From contig NC_058369.1 in assembly GCF_018350175.1 (NCBI RefSeq), positions 23,066,001 through 23,130,000 of the forward strand: DNA of 64,000 bases, in the 5' to 3' direction. A program made the translations under genes and the position numbers. This DNA comes from Felis catus. Its lineage: Eukaryota. The notes below the pieces were generated by a model, which was not told the DNA's origin, made no database searches, and worked only from the letters and a program-made list of their open reading frames with translations. Of the stretch, positions 49,531-60,679 are shown piece after piece (the first letter of the stretch is position 1; every line of letters begins with the position of its first letter).

Positions 49531-52500
49531 TATTATTTCCTGGTGCCATTTTGATCTGTAGGCGTGTCTTATTTCCCCTCGGAGGCTACATGTTCTATGA
49601 GAACAGGCTTTTACTCTGATTTCATCATGAGCACTTGGAGAGAGCCCAGACTCCTATCTCACTCAAAGTGAGTGCCCCTTTAACGTTTGAAAAATGAGTA
49701 AATTGGCTATTACACACACTTACAAAGGAAGGCATGTCCTATCACATAGTAAACTAGTCTTGATAGATTTAGGTGGTCTTTTTTAATATTGTCTCTTAAG
49801 CCATGCTTTATTAAAAAAAAAAGTTCCAATGTTTGTACGTTAGTGGAGGAAGGAGGACTCCATGCAGAGTTTGCACACCCCAGCTCTTAAGACAAAGTTA
49901 TTTTAGTTGCAAGCAGCTGAAGTTGCTCTCTGAAATTAAAAAGAGGAGTGTTTTGGAGAGGAAAAGGAGTGACTCAGAGCCCAGAGCGGGAAGAGAAGCT
50001 CATGTTTCATGAGGGACCAGGAGGCTGGTTTCAGTTCCTTTCTTCCTTGGTTTCTTTCTGCACCCCATGACATTCTTCCTCTTTGTAGACAGACCACCCC
50101 CCTCTGCCCGCTGTGGTGTGTGCACATCTAGAAATGACCACACCATGCTGTTCACACTCCTCTGTCCACACAACACATTGTGGGCAAGACATGATATTCA
50201 AAAGAAGAGTTTGTATCTTCTCCACTTGAGACTGGTCAGCATTCTAAATTCTGATTTCAAGTCCCTTCATTCCTCCAGAAAAGATTATGACCCCAAGCTT
50301 GGATCAGGTCTCCCCAAGGTGAATTGGGCATGGGTGGAGGTAATCCCATAGAGAAAAATATATGTGTTCTGCGGGGGCTTAGCACTGTGAATGGGCGGGT
50401 GTGGGACATGAGTGGTGAAAAGGTGCATGGACAACCAAATAAAGCTTTCTCGCCTTTCCCTTTGCTTGACATTGTCTTGAATTCTCTGCTTCTACTTGGA
50501 ACAGTCTTTTAAGCCCGTGTCAATCCCCTCATCTTAAAAGGAGAGAACAGCGTGGAAGGTTTTTAACATTTCCTTGAAGCACTAACATAACACATTTTAC
50601 AATTAGTTTAGTTTAGTGGCTGGCTGGCCTCACTAAAAGGTATCAACAATTCTGATTGTCTCAGGATAATGCATCTGGCTTCACTTGGGGGCAAGGTATA
50701 GGAGAAACATAGGCAATGAAGATATGGGGGTTCAGTGGATCCCAGATTTCCTCTGAGTGAAGAGGCCATTCTTGAAATAAGTTTTGGAACTTTGTTGACA
50801 TTTGAAAACCTTGAGCGAACTACACTTTTCCCATTTTTTCCTTTATTTTGTGGTCTTGAAAAGAAAGGGTTCCTTTCCATTTTCAAGTTTTTAAAAAATG
50901 TTGCTGTTATTCCTGCCACATTGGATTGTAGTTGTTCCCATCAGCTAGGATGCATTTAGTCATGGGTTCTTGTTTGTATCTGTCTGTGTCCAGCTGATGA
51001 AAATTACTCAAATTGAAGTCTTGTCTTAATCAACTAATATTACACCATAATTCAGTTTTAGCCATTGTTTATAAGAATCTTTGAGGCATCCTTTTGAAGA
51101 CAATTTAGTCAACTCAGAGTATTCCAGGGCCTGGCTATAGAATATAGGCCTTTAGATTTATAAGTTCTGAGTACAGCAACTTGGAAAACCCAAGGAGGTA
51201 ACAGTAGCTGCCTTGCTGGCCGGGCCATCGGATTCCACAGTGATTCTCCTTCTCTTCCTGAACAAATCCAGTCATTTCCTTCCCTGCCAAAGCAAGTCTG
51301 TCTCAAGACGTCTGCCTTCCTCACTCTGCTTCTTTTCTAAAGGGCCTTGGGAATAAAATGTCATCGTTTGCCACCCTTCAAAGTAACAGTCACCACCAAA
51401 ATGTTAGCTTCCAGTCATCTGTGCCCATATAAACATTGGCTTCACGTTGCGTCAGTTATGGGGTTTCAGACCATGTAACATCGGTGAGCAAGTATTCTTC
51501 TCTGGTCATTAATTAAATCATTGTTTATAGTCTCAGATTGTTATAGTATGGAGACAGCATAACATTTTTCATCTCAAGTGACATGAGGTCCAGAGGGGGC
51601 CCCCCTTACATATTTTCTCCCTGAGTCAGCCAAGTTCTTCAGTGAAATGGAGCATTAGCATTCGGGGACCAAAACAGACACAGGGGGAGCCCAGGGGAGC
51701 CCAAGGAGAAGTCTGCTGGCTGACTGGCCAGAGTGACTCAGGAGTCCTAGGGCCAGCACCTCTTCCCCGGGTCAGTAGTCAGGGACCCACTATCTGCACC
51801 AACAGAGTCTGGTAACCATGGAGACAGTTCTCAGTCAGTGCACCTCAGACACTGTCCCCTGGAAACGGATTCCTGGGGACATTCATGCCCCTTGCAGGGG
51901 TTCTCTGTCTTGTCCAATCTACTAGCAAAATCCAGAGAGGCCTGGATCTCATTGGTTTGTTTCATTTTATGCATAACTAGGTCCTATCTTGAGGGAACCA
52001 GCCCTAATGAGGCAAAGAGGCAAATCATTTTAAATGCATGAAAATAATCATTGCCACTGTAGGGTGGCTTGTGGAACTTAAAGCTCTGTATTCACACTAT
52101 TGGAGGAACAAGTGAGCTGGGAAAACTGGAAAGAGGGGCCGACTAGCCCAGATACTCCATAAAGCCGTGATGACCTTCTCTAATGTTCAGTGTGCCAAGA
52201 TTTTAAATAAGCAATGCCTGATTCTCCTTCAGAAATCGTGGTGGAGGGAGTGTTTTCCAGCTGTGCAAATAAAGAAGGGGCTCTGTGTTTGGGTTCTCAA
52301 CCCATCAGTCATCGTTAGGTCGAATGGAAATGCCCCATGAGTCTCTCTTGGTTGTCCCTCTGGTCAGCTTGTCCCTTTTTGATGGGTTAATGGCCATTTT
52401 CTCCTGATTTGAGAGAGAACTGGTGGCCTAAGACCTCCTCGAGCACTCAGACCCACAGTCTTTTTCCATCCCCAAATCCTTAACTTTGCCATACCTTTCC

Positions 52501-52654
52501 AAGTGTCTTGTCCCCTAAAAGATAGTTAAATTTATGAGCCCAGAATGGTTGTAGGTGGGATTGAGGGGAAAATGAAAATTATAACTTTTTGCCATTTTGG
52601 AGCAGGTGGGAGAAGGCAAAAATGTCATTCAGATACATTTATGTAATTTTTTAA

Positions 52655-52910
52655 AATTTTATACCTGTTGACCAATATCTCCCAATTCCTCCAACCCCTT
52701 CCAACCCCTGGTAACCACTATTCTACTCTGCTTCTACAAGTTTGGCTTTTTTTAGACTCCACATAGATTTCACGCATAAGTGGTATCATATAGTATTAGT
52801 CCTTCTTTGTCTGACTTACTCACTTAGCATGGTGCCCTCAAGGGCCATCCATGTTGTCTCAGTGGTAGGATTTCCTTCTTTCTCATGGCTGAATAATATT
52901 CCATTGTGCA
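52655..52910 (-). mobile_element. Old L1 3' fragment (L1MA/MB-like)
   Basis: cccctggtaaccactattctactctg...ctgacttactcacttagcat...ggctgaataatattccattgtg. Confidence 0.85.
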
Positions 52911-55289
52911 CGTTCTATAAACATGAGGAATGGAGGGGAGAGGGTAATGGTGATGAAGAGGAAGACAGGGCTACTGTTGTTAAACCACAGCTAAGCACAC
53001 CAAACTGCTTACTCAATGCCAGGTAGAATGCAGAGCACTTTGGTGTGTTATCTCTGACCTCGTAAAGCTTTGGGAGGTGCGTGAGCAGGAAGCAGATTTG
53101 GAGAGACTGGCACCTTGCTCTGGGTTAGCAACCAGCAGGTGGCCGAGCCAGGATCCAGGCCCAGCTGATCCAAAGCCCAAGCTTGACTCTTCACCAGGCT
53201 GTAGGGTTGCCTCTCTTTGGGGGGATGATAGTCCTGTTTCACAGAAGACTTGTGCTTGTTTCCCATCATATGGGAGAATCTAGAAAACAGAATTTAGAGT
53301 TTGAAGAAGGACTTTAACATGCCACGGCGCATAAAGGCTAGACCAGGATTTATACTCAGCCTCTGCGTCCCAGAAGTGATCCTGCCTCAGCCTGTGCAGG
53401 CGTGTGGTCCAGTTCCTGACATTTTACAAATGGGGACATTAAGGCTCTGAGAGGAGATGAGGTGGGAAGAGTTGGCTCAGCAGTAGAGCTGCAGACAAGC
53501 CAGCATTCCTAGCTCTACCGCATCATCCTTCAAATTAGTTTTTTCTAACATGAGATTTGAAATTAAAAATGTAATTTTATTCACAAAGGAAAAGGCTTGC
53601 TCCTAAATCTGAGGTTTGGGGCTCATTCCGATAGCTTCACGCTTGACAACGATGCCCACCAGGGCCACTGGGCTCCCTGTCCAGGGGGGCATTCTCTCCC
53701 AATGGGTTCTTCCCAACTCCTTGAAGAGCCCTCATCTCTCAGGGCTCATTAGACCTCTTGCTTGGTCTTTGTGAAAGTCCAAAGAACTGTGGAGACAGAA
53801 AGCACTTTGTAAACTACATTTTTCTGCAGAAATAAGTGGGTTTTTTTCAGCAGTGTGTGCTGTTGACAGGGAGGAGGGAGATAGAACACTGCGAGGGTCT
53901 TCTGAGAACACTGCTGTTTCCTTAGGAGATGTACACAAGGTCACACCATCGACCTTGCTGCCCACCTTATTGCTCTGACAAGAGTGGAATCTTGGCTTTC
54001 TAGTTTTCAGCTTGTCTTATTTAAGAGGCGGGCCGAGGGGAAGCCTCTGAAAAGACTCACTAGGAGCAGTGTCCATCACACCAAAGATGGAACAGGGACC
54101 CCGGCATGCGAGGTGCACAGAAAGAGTCTCCCACTGAGGACTGACTTACAGGGCCCTCGCCTCTGGCATCACCACAAAGCTGAGTATCGAGTGATGTGCC
54201 GATGGAGCATCTCACACAGAGGCATCTTTTCGACAAGGACCCTTAAGAAATCTCAAAGTAAGGGTGGTAAAATCTCAGAAACACAAAGCACCAGGCTGCC
54301 TGTGGTTTATCGCACTGAGCAGTTGTAACCCAGAGTTCACAGAAGGCTCTGCAAGGGAATAAGGTAAATAAATTGATGTTATGTAGAAAAATGAGCAGAC
54401 CACTTGTAATAGATGGCTAATTTCAGCATTAATTAGTCCTTGGTAATTACCAAATGATTGCTGATTCTGTTTTCTTACATGATCTATGAAGTCCAAAAAG
54501 GCACATTAAAGAAGAGAATAAACATTCACGAGCTAGAATTTAAAAGAAATGAAAGTGAGGGGAGGGAGGAGGGCAGGTGGCCAGTCCAGAGAATGAGGAG
54601 GGAAAACAAGGGAAGCACCTATAGTTACAGCCAAAGCGGCCAGCCCTCAGTGACTTCCTGTTATCCATCAAAAGGTACATTTGTTAACTAAAACTTATAT
54701 GAAAACATTTTAAAACAAAAAAGAGCCTTTCAGAAAGTTTTTAGGTTTTAATGAATTGGGGCTAGATGATAAATTTGGATTAAGCTTTGCCATATACATT
54801 ATTAATAGTATTTTTATAATTTCAGCTTTTCTTACATTTTATACATCTGCATCCCTGGTCTATGTTTTCAGATAGAACTGTGACATGTGACCTTTTCAGT
54901 AGATCTTCGGTGCTAATCATTGAGCAGTTCCCAGGAACTTCAGGGGAGAGCTATACATTTCCCATCCCCATCCTCAAATTCTCAGCCACTGAGACACAAA
55001 CAGCCCATGAGGGTCACCCTCTTGGGGCAGGACCTCTGAGCAGCTGTGCCTGACCCTTCCCAATATGGGGAGAGGCAGTGTCTTCTGTGGTGAAGAGCAA
55101 AGGTTTTGGAATCTGATGAACCTAGATTCAAATTGATCCAGGACAAGTTACTGAGCTCAAGTTCCTCTGTATACAATGAGCACACGAGTTAGGCTGTTGT
55201 GTGGCCCAGGTGCAGGGAGACACTCGGGCCTCATGAATGTCCCTACATTACTCTTGGTTCCCCCAGACCCCTGTGCCTGGTTTGGGGAA

Positions 55290-56125
55290 TGCTGCTCTGG
55301 ACAAGATAGGCACCAGCTTTTTGTCACATGTCATGGAGTTTATATTCCAGTGAAAGAGAACAGAGTAAAACAAATAAAGGGAAGGTGGAGTGAATCGAAA
55401 GAAATAAGTTCAGGCAGCTCACCTCCAAATGATAACAGAAGCCAGTCATGGCAAAAGAGGATAAAAGGTATGTTGGGCAGAAGGGGCAGCAAGTGAAAGG
55501 CCCCGGAGGTGGGGGTGGTGATGAACATGCTCTGTGAGAGGAAGCAAAAGGCCAGTGAGGTGAAACAGTGGGCAAGGATGGGAGTACAGAAGGGGATTCC
55601 ATCACCCAGGTGGGAAGGGGCCAGTTGATGGGGAGTCTTGGTGGTCAGAGTAAGAATTTGAATTTTATTGTAACTCTAAACAGAATCTATTTTAGGACCT
55701 TAAGAAGGGAGATGGTGATCTGCTTTATACCTACAGACATTCCACACAACTGCCATGAGGAGTATAGATAACAAGGAGGGAGAGGCGTGAGAGGCTCTGG
55801 GGGAGAGATGATGGAGTCTTGGGAGCAATGGAGATGGGAAACAGAATTTTAAATATATTTTAGAGGCAGGGCCAGAGGAACATGCCATAGATTAGCTATG
55901 GGGTGTGGTGAGGAAATGATGGCTATCAAAGATAATTCTTACGTTTTTGGCCTAATTGGGCAGTGGCGCCATTTGCTAAGATGGGGAAGACCCACCAGGG
56001 GAGGAATGGGTTTGGACAGGGAAATTGGGAGTTGGCTTTGGACAAGTTGAGCTTGAGAATCCTGTTACTCATCCCCATGGAGGTGTCAGGTATACAGTTG
56101 GCTATGGGTCTGTAGCTCTGGGGAG
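55290..56125 (-). mobile_element. L2 relic
   Basis: catggagtttatattccagtg...gcaagtgaaaggccccggagg...ttggacaagttgagcttgag...ggaggtgtcagg. Confidence 0.7.
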
Positions 56126-57269
56126 AAGCCAGCTTTTCAGAACTCTGAGTATGATAAGCAAGGCCAAGTGAGTATGGTGTCCCAGCTCAATATCCTTCCA
56201 AATGTGTGATTGTGTTTCCTTCCTACTCCCTCCTATGCTAATGATCTCTCTCCCATCCTCCTCCTTACATTCATTCGCTTTCTTCTCTTGGCCCTATTTC
56301 GGAAAACCCAAATCAGGGTTTTTTACTGTTGGCTTTGAGCATTCGAATGAAAATACAGACAACTAAAAAAAATTCCTCCTAAGAGATGCTGTCTTCAGTG
56401 CACATTTGGCACAGGATCCCCAATTGGAATTGCTCTACACTGTGAATTGTTTGCCCATGTGCCCTGATGGTCCAGAACTTTCAGCTCTCTCCTTCTCCTC
56501 TCAACGTGGCAACACTTCTCTTAGCTTGTCCCCTGTGCCTTGTTTTTGGACCTAACACCCTTCCTTCAGAGCCCAAATTTTGCCTGCTAGAGGAGAGATG
56601 AAATGCTTTCTGCTCAGTCACACTGTGATTGCAGTTGCCGTGCATAAAGGGATGATAGCATGAATGCTCTGTCACCCAGCAGCCCTCTTTAATCTTGCCT
56701 TTCCCACCTTGCCTCCGAGAAAGGGCCACCTGGAAGCCTTGTGGGAGCACCATCCCAGATAGATGTCCCTAACTGTAGTGCCTGACCTCAGAGGGAGCGC
56801 CAAGGTGCACATGGGCCCCCTCCCAGGCCACAAGCTGGAACAGGCACTCACGGTCTGTGCCTTTGGGGCCCTGTTTCCCCTGGGGTGGGAGAGGCCCCAG
56901 CCCTGGACAGGAGTGACAATGCATGTTAATTAGCACTGTGCAGAGCTGTCATCAGGAAGCCAGAAGCCACATGGTCCCAACCTGGTTTGGGGTTGGCACA
57001 GCAAATTCAAACCAGCTGGCTGTTGTTTGGAAATGCCCTGGGAGTGTTCTAGCCCATTCTGGACAACAGAGGGGCAGGCATTTCCTTACCCGGGGCACTG
57101 TTTTAGACGAGAGGTTCCATAAACACTGTAGCAAGTGCTGTGATGGATCTGGTTCAGGGGCGTACATACCCTTCTCTGATTTGCTAGCAAGTAGGACATG
57201 GCGTGAGCTTAGTTGTAAGGGTCCTTATTGAAAGGCATGGGGAGGAAACATAAATTTTGTCCGTCAGTG

Positions 57270-57740
57270 TCCCCTTTATTAAAATTCTCTCGTGACTACC
57301 TGCCTGGAAGATAAAGTCTAAACTCCTTTCCAAGGTCCTATGTAACTGTCCCCCCCACTCATCTCTGATCTTACAGCATCTGACTTCCAGCCCCCCTCCC
57401 CTAGCTCCTTACTCCACCCATTCGGAGTGATTTTCAGTTCCTAGAAGGGGCCTGACTCTCCACTTAGGTCTTCACTCACACCCCTTGCTGTGCTGGATAC
57501 AGTCTCCCTCTAGCTAACTGGGCCCTCACCCTCCAGGGGCCAGCTGCACTGACCATTCCTTGGGGTAGCTGGGTTTGGTGGACTGTCCCTGGTGTGGGTT
57601 TCAGCATAATATTGACCGTGCTACTTTGCAGCTGTCTGTTTACTCAGACCTGCCAGGCCCCAGGAGGTCATGCTGATCTTGTTAATCCCTGCTTCTCCAG
57701 TGCCGGGCACCACAAAAGCCTTTCAGAAATGTTTGAATGA
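57270..57740 (+). mobile_element. L2 relic
   Basis: gataaagtctaaactcctt...ccagtgccgggcac...aaatgtttgaatgaa. Confidence 0.6.
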
Positions 57741-58585
57741 AAGCCCCCCACTCCGGCGACCCAGACCTTGCTCAGCTCATGCCTCCTCTGCTAACATCTC
57801 CTAGCCCATGGCGAAGCCAACAGGACTCCTCACCGCAGAGGAGCTCAAAATCAAAACAGTGTCCCCATCACGAGATGATAGCACATTGAAGACTCTTTTT
57901 GGTACTTAGAAACCATGTCAAGCCAGCCTATTCAAAACGCAGGTCTGGTGACCACATGAGGCATGTGAGCTGGAGTTTCCGCCTCAAATACACAAAGGGC
58001 CAAATTCTGTTGGAACAGAAGGAGCGGATGAAGAGACTCCTAACCCTGGGTGCACCTTCGGTGGTTGCCTGATACCTGTGAGAACTTGGGCGAAGCACAT
58101 CTCTTTCGTCTGCCTCAGTCATCTTGTCTTGAAAGTGGGCACAGTTATACCCACTTCCTCATGTTGCGAGAACAAACAAGACAGAGTTTGTTTACCGAGT
58201 GCTCAGTAGATTTTATGCCCCTTCACATTCGGCATAGCTATTGTTACAGTTATAAAAATGAGATGGCCTTTAAATTTTGTGGTTCATAGTTTTCCCATTG
58301 GAAATAAAGTCACTAAAGTTAAAAAAAAAAAAAAAAAAACTCCAGAATGGCATGTAGAGAGGACTCCCATTTCTTACGGAGAAGGTATATGTGGATGTGT
58401 TGGGAAAAAGTCCAGGTGAACTTTCTTTATTGGGTTAGCAGGGGCTTCCTCTGAGACGTGGGTTTATGGTTGATCTTCATTTTACTCCTTTTGCTTGATT
58501 ATATTTTCAATATCACATGAACATATTACTCATGAAGTGGGTGATGGTAGAGATGAGATACGATGTTTAAAAAGGAAAGGGAAAA

Positions 58586-58765
58586 GGGGTGCCTGGGTGG
58601 CTCAGTCGGTTGAGCATCTGACTCTGGGTTTTGGCTCAGGTCACGTTCTGTTGCTGATAATGTGGAACCTGCTCGGGATTCTCTCTCTCCCTCTCTCTCT
58701 CCCCCTGCCCCACTTATGCTTTCTCTCTCAAAGTAAACAAATACACATTTAAAAAATAAAAAGAT
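58586..58765 (+). mobile_element. Can-SINE with internal deletion, about 115 nt upstream of the exon acceptor
   Basis: Head ggggtgcctgggtggctcagtcggttgagc; B-box segment missing; TSD-like taaaaaggaaagg on both sides. Confidence 0.9.
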
Positions 58766-58880
58766 AAAAAGGAAAGGAAAAGAAATGAAAGAAGTTAACT
58801 AGAGGCCAAGAAGGAATGGCCTATGCTTGCTCTGCAGTGTACTTCTTCCTGCTATTAAGCTTGTTTCTCTCTCTCGGCAG

Positions 58881-59014
58881 GATTTTTCACCCAGATCTCC
58901 ACCTTGGCTGATGTGCAGGAAAATGTCATGGAATACCTGCATGTACTCAGCCGGCCCAAAGTCATCGATCAGGAGCACGACGTGGTATGGACTGAAGCTT
59001 ACATCGACAGCACT
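58881..59014 (+). CDS. CACNA2D3: Next coding exon of alpha2delta-3 (probably exon 13)
   Basis: Acceptor ttgtttctctctctcggcag ends at 58880; donor gtgagt at 59015. 134 nt. First 2 nt complete the split Gly codon of the previous exon, then [44 protein letters not shown]. Confidence 0.96.
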
Positions 59015-59077
59015 GTGAGTCCCTGGGGCCCTTGGGGGAGAGCCTGAGGGTTTTCCTCTGTGAATTCCAGAAGATGG

Positions 59078-59489
59078 TGTTAACCTTAAAAATAAAACTG
59101 TCAGTTATTTGACCAGCAAAAATGCGTTTATTCAGGAATAGTAGACAATTGCAATCCAGGACAAGCAAGCTACAGCAAAACCATAGGCAAGTCCAACGTT
59201 ATTTTATGGAGAAAAAGGAGAAAGTTGGGAGGGGTTGTTTTGAACTAAAATCCACTGGAGAGAAGCAAGAGTTCAAGGTGATGATGGTTTCCCATTGGCT
59301 GGGTTGCAAAGGTGCTTGATTTCTTGTAGAAGATGCAATGTACATCTTTTCCTGTTGGGGCCTGTAACTGGTGATCCTTTCCTGTTGAGCAGTCTTCTGT
59401 TGGGTCTGTGATTGACAGTTCTTCTGACCGGTCTCCCTTTCTAGCAACCAAGTCCACTTGAGTGAGGTTTTCTTTCATTAATTTTTACA
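59078..59489 (-). mobile_element. ERV1-type solo LTR (412 bp)
   Basis: TG...CA termini with 4-bp TSD atgg (59074-59077, 59490-59493); CCAAT and AATAAA in LTR order on the minus strand. Family not securely assigned. Confidence 0.75.
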
Positions 59490-60679
59490 ATGGCTGTTCT
59501 ATCACTGTTCCTCAATAATGGAGTTTGATGACATTTTCCTTTGTGGTACAGTTGTGTTGGTCCTCTGGGCAAGCAAGGTTGGTGAAAAATCATAATATCA
59601 GAATGTAACCAGCACTTTTGGCAGGTGTCTGCTCAGCACTTTGTTTTCCTTCCCATATGTGTACAGATTCTATCAGTAGCAGTTATTATGGGCTTGTTAG
59701 ATTCAGTGCTAACCATCTGAGAGGCCCGGTCCTGATGATGAATCTTGAGGTCTCAGCTTGGGAAGGTGACCAACGTTTAGCTCCAACAGTGAATTGGAGC
59801 CGCCGTAGAGGCCACAGCTGCATTCTCTTCCCAGAGACAAGTGAGAATATGCTTCAATGGTGGTTACACAGGCACTGGATTGATGTTGGAACTCTGGCCA
59901 TGAGCTCGTTCTAAAGCAAATTCCAAGCAAAAAAAAAAAAAAATCTGATGCAGAATTAGTGTAAAAGGAGGAGCTTTGCCAATCATCTAGTAATGGCTCA
60001 ATGGCCAGGTTTCTTGTGTAATTTCAGGGTGATTTTTCAGAGTGATAATGAGTCTGATGGGAGTGGCATTTTTCATTTATTGATTGTAAATGTTCTCACA
60101 GGGCCTCTCTCCCATCGTTTTTGTTGGGATTAACATCACATTAATCACTGTAACCCAGGCACAGCTGTCCTCCGGAGTGATCTCAATGGCTGCGGTGGGC
60201 CGGCTTTTCTCTCCATGAGCTCTCTCATTCTTGCTGCATTTCTGGCAGCTGTAGGTGAATGCAGGGCAGAAACAGCATATGGGGACCCAACTTGGGGGAC
60301 ACCGTGGTGGCCTACCCCTTCCCCGGGAGAAATCACCCTGCATAGAGATGGACGCTAAGGTGAAAAACCCTCTCTGGTTGCCAGGGAGACCTGGGGCATT
60401 CATTATTTCCGTAGTCTGACCCCAGTTTGGTTTAGAATCATGGCAATGAAATAACTAAGCTGCCCCATCTATGTGGGCACCATACTAACAACAATAGCCA
60501 CAGCAACAGCACTGATGGTTTCATCTCTTATGTGTGGTTGAGTATGGCAGGAAAAAGCCTTAAAGAAAAGGAGCCATGTGACTATTGCCAAGAATGAAGT
60601 GAGCCAGTCACCCAGTGGTTTGAACAGGGTTTGATCAGCCAGTTTGATCAGGCATTTTATTTGTTTCATCAATTTAAGA

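Larger units (their letters stand above)
48325..58880 (+). other. CACNA2D3: CACNA2D3 intron (GT-AG, 10.6 kb, phase 1)
   Basis: gtaggt...cggcag between two exons that join in frame. Confidence 0.9.

Noticed and set aside
53670..56805. CTCF-like words (gtccaggggggcat near 53680; cctcagagggagcgcc near 56786)
   Set aside because: Imperfect matches; cannot be supported without PWM scoring or ChIP data.
58827..59018. Track ORF overlapping the second exon
   Set aside because: Wrong frame; the real exon frame is set by splice sites and alpha2delta-3 identity.
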